Origin: Protoeuglena noctilucae | Taxonomy: Eukaryota | DNA length: 64,000 nucleotides | Direction of reading: 5' to 3' | Assembly: GCA_958009085.1 (NCBI GenBank) | Contig: OY253681.1 | Span: forward strand, 806,001 to 870,000 | In this document: positions 49,251-61,500 of the stretch, piece by piece | Position numbering within the stretch: position 1 is the stretch's first letter | How the letters are laid out: each line of letters starts with the position of its first letter | Position numbers and translations under genes: made by a program | The notes under the pieces: generated by a model | The model's database searches: none | What the model was told of the DNA's origin: nothing | Seen by the model: the letters and a program-made list of their open reading frames with translations, nothing else

Positions 49251-49575
49251 CCAACAGCAACCGAGCCAGGTAAGGCGCCGGCCAAGACAGGAAAGGTGGG
49301 ACGTCTGGGAAACTCAACAGGCTGGACACGGGGACGAAGCAGATGCGGTATCCGTGCCTGCTGCGGGCTACGCATTCACAAGCAGTCCAAATCCGTGCAT
49401 GTGAACGGTGAGAGAAGAAGCTCGGTGAAACCCTGCCAGGGACCCTGAGGGTTTGGTGCTAGGGTTGCCAGGGTTTCGAAAAAAGGAAGCGCGGCGTGCT
49501 TCCATTGTCGTCATCGCGTCACCCGCGAGCTGGTGCGAGCGCCGATTTCCGGCCAGCACTCGACAGGCGCTGAGA

Positions 49576-52505
49576 ATGGCCCGCCACGTCGATCCCGGAG
49601 AGCTGGACGCGCTCTTCGGGGCGCTGAGCACGATCTTCGTGCTGTCCCCCAGCGCCATGGCACTGTCCCTCGACAGCATGCTCCGGGACCAGCTGGTGGA
49701 CGTCAACTCGCTCCCCACCGGGCCGATCGTCGAGCTTTACCTCGGGACCATCGACCGGTGCGCTCTGGACCTTTCGCAGGGCAGGATACCTGGCGACGAC
49801 TTCCGAAGCCAGGCAAGCGCTGCGTTTTTGTCCGGCCTCGGCCCGCGGTCGCGCCCCGCCGGCCCCGCACCCGCTGCATCCCTGCTGGGCCGCAACACGC
49901 CGACGCCCGCACCCACAGGCACACGTCATGCAAATTATGAGAGAGTCTCTCGAGAGCACCCTGTCGGCTGTGTCAAACGTCCCCCGCACGCGCGAGATGA
50001 GCTACCTCCTCGATGCGGTGGCGATGCCGCTCGTCCCCTTGCTCCAGGTGCCGGCGGCCTCGCGATTCACCCGCCCGCGCTGCGTTATGATGTGCGTAAT
50101 TGACTTGGAGGCGCGGGAGTATACGTTGAGCCTCGTTTGCGAGTTTATTCCAGCCTTCCCTCCTCAGGCTCCGCTGGTGAACGCCGTGGCCGTCGCCGAG
50201 GTCGTCTGCCAGGCGCAGGCGGATGTCCAAGATGCTCTGAGGCGCCTGGATGAGTGGTTCAGACCCGGACTGGAGCTCCCCGACCGGATCAGGTGGGTGA
50301 TGGGTCGCAGCCCTAGCTGGCCCTTGTAATCATCGCGCGCGCTCCTCGGCGTCTCTCCTGGTCGCATTCCGCGTGAAACACACATATCATGTACATGCGA
50401 GGTCGAGCGCGCCCGCCCGCGCACGCCTGCGCCGGCAATTTCGAGTTGTGATGGCCTGGGCGTTGCAGCACAGAACTGTGCGCTGTTCCTCACCCGCCCG
50501 CAGCTCCCACGTCCAGCAGCTGCGGCAGAGCCTCGTGGAAGGCACGGGTGTCTCGCCTTCCATGGTCTCCCTCTACAGCGCCGTTGCGCTCGCCAGAGAG
50601 GTGCGGACGACGGTTGCCGGCTTTGTCAACACGCCACTGCAAGCGACACGTGGGGTGCCCAGTTGTTTAACAAACGACTCCATTTGATTCGATCTTGCAT
50701 CGTCGCGTGCAGGCGTCCGATTACGTAGACCGCGCCCGCCGCGCCATCAAGGCAGCGACGTGGCCGTCGCATGCCCAGCCAGGGACTGCCTCTGGTGCCC
50801 CCCCATTGGCCCTCCCCGCCCCCGCACCGCACCCATTCGCAGCTCCCTTCCCGGCGAATCCCATGGCGGCTGCCGTCTCTGCCCCCGCGCCCCACTTCAA
50901 TGGCACACCCTCGCGGCTCGCCCCCGCATCGGCGTCGCATGCCGGGTGCGTGGGGGGCCCATGCCGATTGCCATCCATCCCAGGTGCACAGATGTTGTCG
51001 CCCACCATGGGCGCCTGGTCAGCTGCTTCAAATCTCTTTTGCCCGATGACCCACCTTTTGCTCTTTCATCGCCCTCAGGGTTGCGGCGGCACCGGCGGGG
51101 CTCGAGATGCGCCCCGCTGGTCACGCGGATGCGGCGCCGTGGTTACATATTGTGTGGAACAAGCCGGGGCAGGACAGGGTGGCAGCGGAGGTGAGGGGGG
51201 GGTGCGGTGGGGGCGATAGAGGTGGTAATACTATGCCGCAGGTGCAAGGGTGAAGAGGATCAAGCAGGGTCAAGCAGGGTAAGGAGCCATCATTCACAGC
51301 TGTTCAATGCAATGTATTTCTCCTCATCAACCCCACACAGGGCACCACTCCCGGCACGTCGCGGGCAGTCAAGCGCAGGCGCATCGATGCGGGGGTGGCG
51401 GGGCATGGGGAGGAGGATCCGATCGAGGATGCCGGTAAGCTGCGGGCTTTTTTTAGTAACAGTAATGATATGTGTCGATGCTGTCTGTGTGGGCATATGG
51501 GTAACCCTTCCACGTGGTGTTGGTGAGCCTCACTTCGAAACACGCAGCTGCTTGACACACAACAGACGCCGCCCACCCTTCGCAACCCCCCGCAGGGCCC
51601 TCCCAGGTGCCCGCGGATGTGCGGGAGTTGCGGGAGATGAGCCGCGCTTTGGCGCAGGGCGTCCCGGGGGCGGGGGAGGGCCGGGTGGCGGCAGGGCAGC
51701 GTGTGGCAGAGACGTGGGGCAATGAAATGGGGGAGGTGGGGGGTGACAGGGAGGGTGGGAGGGGCGGGGGGGATGAGGCGAATGGTGGGGTTGGTCAAGA
51801 TGGTCAGGGTGGTCACATGGAGCTGCCTCACCACCGCAAGCAGAGAATCGCGCCTCTGAGGGACGGCGGGCAGCCTGGTCGGGACATCCCCCCTCGCGAG
51901 CCGGTCACTCCCGATGACGAGCCGCTGATGCTCGCGGCGGAGGCGAGGGCCAGAGCGAGGGCAGGGATGGGTGCTGGGGCGGGTGCAGGTGCGGGTGCGG
52001 GTGCGGGTGCGGGTGCGGGTGGGAGCATGCAAGGGGGGTCGTCGGTGCAGCGGCGGGAGCAGGGGCAGGAACTGGCAGGGTCAGGCCGAGCCTCGCCGGC
52101 CCCGCACCAAGCTGCCCCCGCGCCTGCCTCCCCCGCGGCGGGGTATGGTGGGTCGGGGCCGCGCAAGCCCCGCGTGATGTGGACCCAAACGGAGACCGAC
52201 CTGCTCGTCTCTCTGCACAACCAGTACGGCAACCAGGTGGGTGGGTGGTGCGGGATCACTCGCATGGTGGGTGGCTCATTTAGGTACAAGGTCACACCAC
52301 GTAGGTCATTAGGATGACAGCGGTTCCCATGGCTGGTGCGTGTGTTCTGTGCCCTTTCCTGGCGCAGTTGACCACGCGGCGTCGTTTCCGGTGCCCGCAG
52401 TGGGCGCAAATCCTGGAGAAGGGCGCGGATGGCTTCCAGAAGTGCCGGACTTCGATCGATCTGAAGGACAAGTGGCGCAACCTGCTCAAGGCCGGGCGCG
52501 TCTGA
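49576..52505 (+). CDS. Protein with a C-terminal telobox-type Myb domain (TRF-like), multi-exon
   Basis: RKPRVMWTQTETDLLVSLHNQYGNQ|WAQIL...RTSIDLKDKWRNL. The N-terminal helical region is linked by splice sites, including a GC donor at 49813. Confidence 0.75.
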
Positions 52506-52769
52506 ACGAGTGTGGATCATTCACGACTCAGCGCTTGAAATGCATCGCCTGTTTTGAATTCGGTCACGAACGCACAAGTCGCCGCGCCTGTGAGCCGGGA
52601 TGGATTCGCGCCGCGCGGCGCATCCGCGGTGTCGGTGACACGCCGTTGCCCTGGCACGGCCGACCGACGAAAGGATCACTCTTGTACGCGGAGGGGACTG
52701 AATTCGCGTCATCTATCAACATCCGGCATTCATCGTTGCACCATCCAGGATCCAGGGAGCCCTTGCGTG

Positions 52770-54274
52770 ATGCTCGGGGCCCGTCTGTCGCTGCTGCCGC
52801 AGAAGATCGGTGTCCGTGAGTCGGGGGCGTCTCGATGCGTCGCTGCGATTTCTCCCTTCGCGGTCGCGTATCGCGATTCGTCCGGCGCGCGGTGCCTACG
52901 AGCTTACATCGTCCCCGCGCCCTAGGCCACTTCCTTCCCTCCCGCGCAGGCGTCCCCGCGCGTCCATCCAGCCGCGTCGTCAGGATGGCGTCGCTCCCTG
53001 AACTCACGATCTGGGTGAAAGGCAATCCGAGCAAGGGCGAGCGCGGAGACTGCCCCTTCAGCCACAAGGCGCTGCTGTCGCTCGCGAACAAGGGCGTGCA
53101 GTATCGCGAGGTCTATCTCGATCTGAACGCGAAGCCCGAGGTGCGTGATGCGAATATCAAGCCATCGGCTCTCCCCCGGGCCCGCTCTAGCCCATCTCGT
53201 CGCGCCTCACCTCACCTCGCTGCGCTCATCACCTCATCGCCCGTGAGTCTGAGGCTGTGTGCGAGAGAATGAGAATGACAGTAAAGATAAGAGTGTAAGT
53301 GCCCCGCAGTGGTACGCCGCGACGATCAACGCCAAGGGCTCCGTGCCTACGCTCATCGTGGGCGGACCCGTGGACGCCGAGGGTCGCCCCGCGGACGGCT
53401 TCTCCGGCGAGCTGATCGGCGACTCGGGTCTGGTGGTGGAGTGGGCGGAGCGGGAGGTGCCCGTGCCACCGCTGCAGCCGCGGAGCGATGAAGAGGCGAA
53501 GCTGGGGGAGGGGTTTATGGGGGCTTTCAGGGACTTCCTGCTGTGCAAGGACGGGGAGGTGGAGGAGAAGGCGAGGGGGAGGCGATGGGGGGGAGTGTGG
53601 GGTGGTTGTTTTAATTTGTCGTTGGATCGGCGCACCGGCCCTCGTTCGCATCACGCGCCCATCTCACCCAACTCATCTTACCCTAGCTCACCACGCCATC
53701 GCCCACCCCACCCACATACCCACCCACACACCCACTCAACCCATCTCCCCTTTGCCCCAGAAATCCGCATTCATCAGTCAGCTCCAGTCCCTGGAGTCCT
53801 TCCTCTCCACCCACGACGGCCCCTTCTTGGGCGGCGACATGATGCGGCAGACAGACTGCCGCCTCGCGCCCCAGCTCTACCACTCCATCGTGGCACTGAA
53901 AGAGTTCCGGGGATTCGATGTGCTGTCTCAATTCCCTCTGCTGACCGAGTACTTCCAGGCGGTGAGGGGCTGGGGGGAGATGTATGGGGTGACGCATGGG
54001 GTGATGTGGGGAATGGGGTGACATGAGCTGTGCACCTACCGCACCTGCTACCGCCGCTCCCATCGCCATGCTACCACTCCCTGCACCCACTGCACCCGCT
54101 ACCGCTCACCTCCCTTGCCACTGCCCCTCTCACTTCTCTCCGTATGTCATCTCTTATTCGTCGTCTTGGTCATCGCAGGTGCAAGGCACGGATGCCTGGC
54201 ACAAGACGCACTACACGCCGGAGGTGATGGTGGCGGGGTGGAGGCCCAAGGTGGAGGCGGCGAGGAAGGCGTGA
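52770..54274 (+). CDS. DHAR: Dehydroascorbate reductase, with a short N-terminal extension, 5 exons
   Basis: IWVKG...GDCPFSHKALLSL..K; KPE|W; GSVP; IGDS; GPFLGG; DCRLAPQLYH; VMVAGWRPKV. Confidence 0.92.
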
Positions 54275-54890
54275 GGGGGGTGGGAGAGGGTGGGGGTTGA
54301 GGGAGATGGGGGTGGTTGGGAGGCAGCCAGGAAGGCCTGAGGGGGGATGGTATGGGAGGGCTGGGTGTGGGCGAGGGTGGCGTGGGAGGGGAATGGCGAG
54401 GGTGGCAGGGAGGATGTGGCTTTGTGGTGGAGGCGGTCAGGAGGGCGTGAGGGGGATGGTATGGGAGGGGGGGTGGATGAGAGATGGGTGAGGGTGGGGG
54501 TGGCTGGGAGATGAGCGAGGGTGGCATGTGAGGGTGGTAAAAGGTGTTGCTGTCGGTGGCAGGGGTGGGGAAGTTAAGATGCAATAGCAGCACTGGCGAT
54601 GGGCACTCCAGAGCGCTGGGTATGGCTGCCAGGGTCACATCATAGCATTTGCACATAGCACACGAGCAACATTGAACCGGCCCTCTTTCAGCTCAGCATC
54701 TTGCTTACAACCATTGACGACTCGCCATTCACCCATCCAATTATCGAGCCTCAGCAAGCCCCGAGCTGTCATGCAATGCCGCAACTGCACAACACCGCAA
54801 CCACCACGCAAGCCGCCACCGCCATGCACAGCACCGCCCTCATACGCGCACGTGTGTTTGAAACTCCGCATGCGTTTTTCAAACTTCCCC

Positions 54891-57800
54891 TCACACGTTC
54901 TCCCGTATGAGCAGCGGCGCCCCCTCGCATCCCCGGCTGTTGTCCACGAAGGACAGCTCCCACATCTCGATGCCCGCCGGCCGCAGGGCCGCCTCAATGC
55001 GACGCAGCGCCTGGGGGGGGGTGAGGGTGTGGTAGAGAGAGTGTGTGGTAGAGATGAGATTGAGAGTGGCAGAGGGGGAGAGAGTGTGGCATAGATGAGG
55101 GTGGAAGAGGGGAGAGTGGCAGAGGGGAGGGAGTGGCAGTGGTGAGAGTGGCAGAGTGGGAGAGGGGAGAGTGAGAGTGGCTGAGAGGGGAATGTGTAAG
55201 AGGGGAGAGTGGCAGTGGCGAGAGTGGCAGAGAAACGGGAGATGGCGAGGGGCACAGACTCCCTCGTCACCACCAATCCCCCTCCCTCGTTACCACCAAT
55301 CTCCCTCCCCCCCTTTCCTCACAACCCACTACACCCTCACCTCCCCTCACCACCCCACCCCCCCCCGCCCCCACCCCTCCTGCTCACCTCCTCATCTTCC
55401 GGCCACTCCCCCGTCCTCGTCCCAATCACCGCCCCGCTGTAGCTGAGCCCAGCCGCGGGTGCCACTCCCTGGTAGTAGAAGACACCGAATGACAGGTCGT
55501 CGGCAGCGTCCAATATGCGCCAGTGCTCCGTGGACGTCACGCCGTTGTCTAACACGCTGCGGGGATGGGGGAGTGGGAGGGGGGTTGGTTATAGGGATGG
55601 AATGGTGATGGTGGTGTTAAAAGCACTGCAGTTGAGAAGCCCCTTGCCACCCCACACTCCACCCCCATCACCTTCACCACCACCCCCTCACCTGAACCAG
55701 AACGCCCCCGGCTCCTCCCCCCTGCGCACCCGGTAGTGCCTCCGACACCACACCTCGCGCCCATCCAACGTCTTCACCCGAAACACGGGGTCATACCACA
55801 GGGTCTTGCCCCCCCTCCCCCGATACCACAGCTGGTACTGGCATGGGAATTGATCGTATGCCGCGTTCTGCCCCGCGGCCACCCGCCAGCTCCAATCGAG
55901 GTCGCCGTTCGAATCCCGCAGATGTCCCAAAAAGATCGCCTCGGCGCTTTCGTGCGTGAGGGGCTGCCCCCGCCAATGGGAGAAAGGGCGCACGGCCGGC
56001 AGCGTGGGTATCGATGCCGATTGGTCCATGCAGTTGTGCTTTTGGAGCACACAGAGGGAGAAGTCGCGGAATTGGGGGGACTCGAAAGACACGATGGCGC
56101 TGGGGGGGGATGGGTGGGAGGGGGGGGGGGATGAGGGTGTGGGGTGGTGTGGGGGGTGAGGAGAGGGGTGGGTGAGTGAGGGGTGAGTTGCTGGGAGTGT
56201 GGGTGGAGAGAATGGGTGATATTATCCTCACTCTCTTATCTCGTCCCCTCCCTCCATCCCCCCTCACCGGTACGCCCCACTGTCTCTCCCATCTCACCTT
56301 TTCTCTCTGATCTCACTTCCAATCCCCTAATTACCATCCCCCCTCACCGGTACGCCCCCACTTGGTCGTTCAGCCCCACGCGCTGCAGCTCATCCAATGC
56401 CTGCCGGCACGAGGGGTTGGCGAAACACGCTGCCACTTCTCTCGTGCAGTAGCGGAGCATGCGGAGGGTGCCTGAGGGAGACATGCCCTGCTTGGGAAGA
56501 AGGGGGACCTGAGAAGGGGGGGGTGAAGTTGGGTGAGTAGGGGTGAGAGGGGGTGAGTGGTGGGGGGGTGGTATGAGGTGGGGGACATGCCCTGCTTGGG
56601 GAGGAGGGGGACCTGGGGGTGGGGGGGGGGGGTTTAGTGGGTGAGAGGGGTGGTGAGAGGTGGGGGACATGCCCTGCTTGGGGAGCAGGGGGACCTGGGA
56701 GGGGGGGGATGGAAGGGGGACGGGTGAGTGAGAGGGTGATGGGTGGGTGGCGAAGGGGGTGGTGGTAAGGCGAGTGGTGGGCGTGGTGGTGCTTGCAAAC
56801 ACGTCGCCTCTGCCACCCCTCTCAGCCTTGCACGCACGCACGTTTCACACGCACCCCCCTCCCCCCCCCCACCACCCCCTTCACTCGCCCGCGTGACGTA
56901 TGCGTCCACCAGCACCAGCGTCAGAAACAGCCAGTCGTCAGAAGTGTCTCTCGCAGCCAGCTCCCGGCACACGTCCCTCGTCTCCCTGCCGGCCGCGCTT
57001 GCCCAGAACACGGGTCCGATCAGGGGCGTGCGGGAGAGGGCGCTCTCCCATCCGGCGACGGTGCGGTCGTCGCTGCCGCGGAAAGCGCCCAGTTGGTCAA
57101 GGGAGGAGGACTGCGGGTGGTGGGGTGTGGGGTGTGGGGTGTGGGGTGTGGGGTGTCGGGTGTGGGGTGTGGACTGCGGGGGTGGGGTGTGGGAGAGGGA
57201 GAGGGAGAGGGAGAGGTGTGAGAGTGAGAGTGGGACAGACAGTGACAGACAGTGAGAGATGGACATCGTCACTAAATGCACACTGCAGCCTCACCAGTGC
57301 GGGGCTGCATCTCAGGCACAGGCGCGTGGGGATGCGGCGGAGGGCATCCGCACGGGCACTGGCAGCGCGGCCGGCGAGTGCCTGAAACGCCGGGGAGGGG
57401 CCCTCGATGCCGACGCACAGGAGCACGTGGGCCGTCTGCGCCGCCTCCGCCAGCGCTGCGCCCTGGGGATGGCATGAAAGGTGGCGGGGCGTCCACAAGC
57501 GACAAATTAATTGCACCGCGTTCGCATCCCGATTGCGCGGTTGACTGCACCTTAATGTCGTGAAATACAAGTATCAATCACCTTCGCGTCGCCGGCTGTG
57601 AGGGAATCGTCCGCAAAGACGTCCACGGCGATGCGCGGGTCCGCCCACTGGATGCGCTTGGCCACGTGGCGCAGGACGCTCTCCCAGGGCGGGCCGAGGG
57701 GACTTGGGCCTTTCGACGCAGTGGGCGTGAGAATGAGCACCCTGCGCGGCGCACCGAATGCCGGATCGAACGAATGGCGGAGACCGGTAGTTGCAGCAGA

Positions 57801-58019
57801 GCAGCGGCCCCGCGCTCGCCTCGCTGACACTTGATCCGGGCGCGATCCTTCCGTTGTCGTCTCGACGACGCTCTCCGGCGCCCTGGTCGCGGATGGCGCG
57901 GCGACGCGCGCGCCGGGGCCGTGCCTCATGTTGCAATTGCAGGGCCGCAGCGCCCGCGATTCGAAGCCTCGACGCGGCGCCGCCAATCCCGCAAGCGCAC
58001 AAGACAGACCAGCTGCCAT
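54891..58019 (-). CDS. VDR: Violaxanthin de-epoxidase-related protein (VDR), multi-exon, transit peptide-like N-terminus
   Basis: CTREVAACFANPSCRQALD; NDQVGAYR|AIVSFES; FSLCVLQKHNC; WRVAAGQNAAYDQFPCQYQLWY; WYDPVFRVKTLDG; SVLDNGVTS.E.WRILD; WELSFVDN. Confidence 0.85.
55079..55232. repeat. Imperfect gagagtggcag tandem repeat in the last VDR intron
   Basis: Repeated gagagtg(t)ggcag/gagtggcagtgg units, pyrimidine-rich on the transcribed (-) strand. Confidence 0.7.
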
Positions 58020-58537
58020 CGCGCCCCCTATGTCCGTCTTATAGCGCGCACTCGCGCGGCTAGACTCTGCGGTAAGCCAGGGGCAGCAACGCGGGACGTA
58101 CTCGATAGAATAGACGATGCGAGGAGCTTGGTCTCAACCATTAGATGCACAGCAGCGATGCTCACTGTGCAATTGTCGTCGAGCTTATGTTCTAGGCCAA
58201 TTCTGGGACCGTTCCGACGCGCGCAAGAATGGGTGGCCTCTGACGGCAGCACTTCGCCCCGCGTCGACCTGAGAGCTTCTACATGTTTGCGATGCCGATT
58301 TTGTTGCGACGCAGCAGTCGTTCGCACTTCAAGGCAAGCCCATCGCAACCACACGCGAACAGCAGGGTCGCACACCCGCCCGAGCAGCCGGGCGGGCACA
58401 TCAGTTCGACCTTCGCAGTCACGACGTGCACTCCTAGTCGCTAGCTTACCGCGTGCCCTGTTCAATCGCCCTATTCTGAGCGCGAGCTCCGAGCGTGCCG
58501 CGCACCACTCCCTCCCCGCCTCGCCGAGCGTCCTGTT

Positions 58538-61500
58538 ATGGTCAAGGTCTGGGGCCCCGAGAGGTACGTGCCGCATGAGTGTGCTCGGTCGTCCCAACGC
58601 GGGACCCTCTGCGTCGTCTCGACTTCGGCTCGTGGTGGCAGGGACGCAGCGGCAGCGTTGCAGGTCCTCAGAGGTCCGAGAAGGCCGAAAGAGCGCTGCT
58701 TCCTATTCCTCGCAGTGACGATGACTCGGTCTCGTCGGGGTCGATCGTCGCGCAGGGCTATGGGGGCGCGGGAGGGCGAGCCGCGGGTCCAGCGGAGCTG
58801 GCGGGCCTGGACTTGGAGGTCCGGGACGCCGCGGAGGTGGAGCGACGAGTGATTGCGGAGCAGGAGGTGTTGCAGCTCGAGGCGGGCGTCGCGGCGGCGC
58901 CCAGGGAGGGTGCAGCTGCCCAAGGGGGGCCAGGATCGGACGACGCGGCCGCTGCGGGCGGGGACGCGGCCGCGAACGCTGCGCGACTGGCGGCGATCCA
59001 AGAGGAGATTGCCGCGCTGGAGGCGCTGAACGCGGACGGCGCCCCGGGCGTTTCCAAGGGCCGGCCGCATGGCAAGCGTGCGCGCCCTGCGGCCCCCGCG
59101 CCGGCCGGCCCCGTCTACACGGCGTCGCCGGGTCCGGACCCTTCTGCAGATGACCTGCAGCGGCGCCTTCGGGAGCAGCGCCTGGCGGATTTGCGCCAGG
59201 AGGCGGAGAAGTTACGCCACGCTGCGCTCGGGGGCCCTGGGCTATCGGCGGCCGATGCCTCGGGTTTAGCTGTATCGACGGAGGCGAACACGACGCGCCG
59301 GCGGGCGACGGGCAGCAGCTGGGGCGCGGTGGCGGGGGCATCGGCCGCAGCCCCCCGTCGCCAGAAACGCAAGAAGCACGTGGTGGTGGAGGACGCCGGG
59401 AGCTCCGAGGACGAGGGCGGGGCCGCTGCTTTGGCCGGCAGGCGAGGGGGAAAGAAGGGGGGGCTTTAGCAGGGCGATTGCCTTGACGCTCACCATCACT
59501 CGTCACTGGGTAGTGCTGTATAGGAAGGAGTCATTGCCACAATATAACACTCTTATGCTTTCATCCATCCCTTCTTCCTCGCCCGCTTGCTTCTCAGATC
59601 CGGCCCAGCCTTGGTGGAGACCACAAGGGACCGCCTGATCCGCACGGGCGTCATCACGCCTTTTGCGGGGGTGCAGGGATTTGAACACGGGGAGAGGGCG
59701 GGGGCCACCAATGGAACGCAGGAGACGGCGGGGGTGGCGGGGGCGGCGGGGGTGGCGGGGGTGGCTGGGGCGAGGGGTGCGGGGGCGGGGAGGGTGGCGG
59801 AGGGGCGGGGGCGGCGAGAGGTGCGTGGGTGGTGTTTGTGCTAACTTTGCTGGTGGCGATGCAAGTGGTATCGTCATTGTCACTTGATTGGGATATGCAT
59901 GACGTCTGCTAGCATGTCCAATCGCACCGCTGACTGTCGGCAAGCACTGCAACCCTTCCCTTGCCCATATCGCTCACAATACCCTGCACTGTCAATCAAT
60001 TCATGAAACTTTGATAACAACCGCAGACGCTCCACGACCGCCTCCGCCGCGCCGCCCGGGCCATCACGGCTGCGAGGGAGGCAGACGCGGATGCGAGGGC
60101 GGTGACGGGGACGTTTGACGATGCTGGGCCGACGGATGCGGATGGGTGGGGGGGTTATGATCACGGGCCGATACCCAGGGGGACGCCCAGCGTTCGATTC
60201 CACGAGTGAGTAGTGAGTGGGGATGTTGGTTGGTTGTTCATTGTGATATGTAGGTGTGGGAATGGGTGTGGGTTGTAGGTAACAGGAAGCATCGGTTGCA
60301 CCATCATCCATGCAGGAAGGGCAAGCCCTTGCGCCCGGTGTTAACCAGGGAGATGCGTACGATGCGCGTGGAGGTGACTGCGGGGAGGGGCCAAGGCAAG
60401 CGGAGGCGGAAGCGCGAGGCTGCGACTGGCGGGGGCGGCAAGGGCGGTGATGGGGATAGCATAAGAGAGCGTGGGGGTGGGAGGGGGGGCAGGGGGGGCG
60501 GGGGCGGTGGGGGCAGGGAGGGGAGTTCGAGTGATGTGGAGGTGGTGGGGGTGCGGGTGGGGGGTGGGGGTGAGGGAGGGGGTGGTGGTGCGGGTGGGGA
60601 GGGGTCAGTGGGAGTAGCTGGGGTGGGAGAGGGGAGAGCGGGGGGGAGTGGGAGGGTGGTGGAAGTGGGGACATCGGACAGTGATGGTGACGGGGGAGAG
60701 TCAAGTGAAGTGGGGTCGGAAGGGACGGGTGGGAGTGGAGGGGATATGGATGATGTGGGTGACGAGGATGGGGATGAGAGTGAAGACACGGAGAGCGATC
60801 CGGACGACCCATACGCGAGGTGTGTGATGGCTGGCTGGCTGATGTTGATTGGGATGGCTGCTAATATATGATGGCAATTGGGATGGTTGTTGCACTCATA
60901 CGCAAGTATCAAGCACCTGTGAGCACCTTTTGGACAATCCCAATCCATTGTTGCATGCGCGTACTCTCCCACTCACTCTCATGCGACTTCTCACTCTCAT
61001 GTGACTGTGCAGGGACGATGCGGTGGAGGCGGACTATGTGGCCAGGTGTCGGCGGGAGCTGAGGAGACAGGAAAGGGAAGAGGAAAGGAGGAGGCGGGAG
61101 AGGGAAGAGGGGAGGAGAAGGGGTGCGGGAAGGGGCAGTGGGGGTGGGGATGGTGGTAGGGATGGGGAGGATGGGGTGGGGGTGGGGGCGAGTGGAGCGA
61201 GTGGTGATGGTGCAGCGGGTGCGGGTGATGGTGGTGGTGGTGGAGAGGGCACGAGTGGGCGTGTAGATGGCAACAACAGTGCGGGTGTTGGCGATGGGTC
61301 CAACGGTGGCGTCGCCCCAGCTGATCCCGATCCCGACGTGACATTCGACGGTGGTCTCTGCGTTCCCCATAACATATGGTCCAGGATGTTTGATTATCAG
61401 CGCACGGGCCTGCAGTGGATGTGGGAGCTGCACACGCAGAGGGTGGGGGGCATCCTGGGGGACGAGATGGGGCTGGGGAAGGTGAGGGGGTGGGTGGGTC

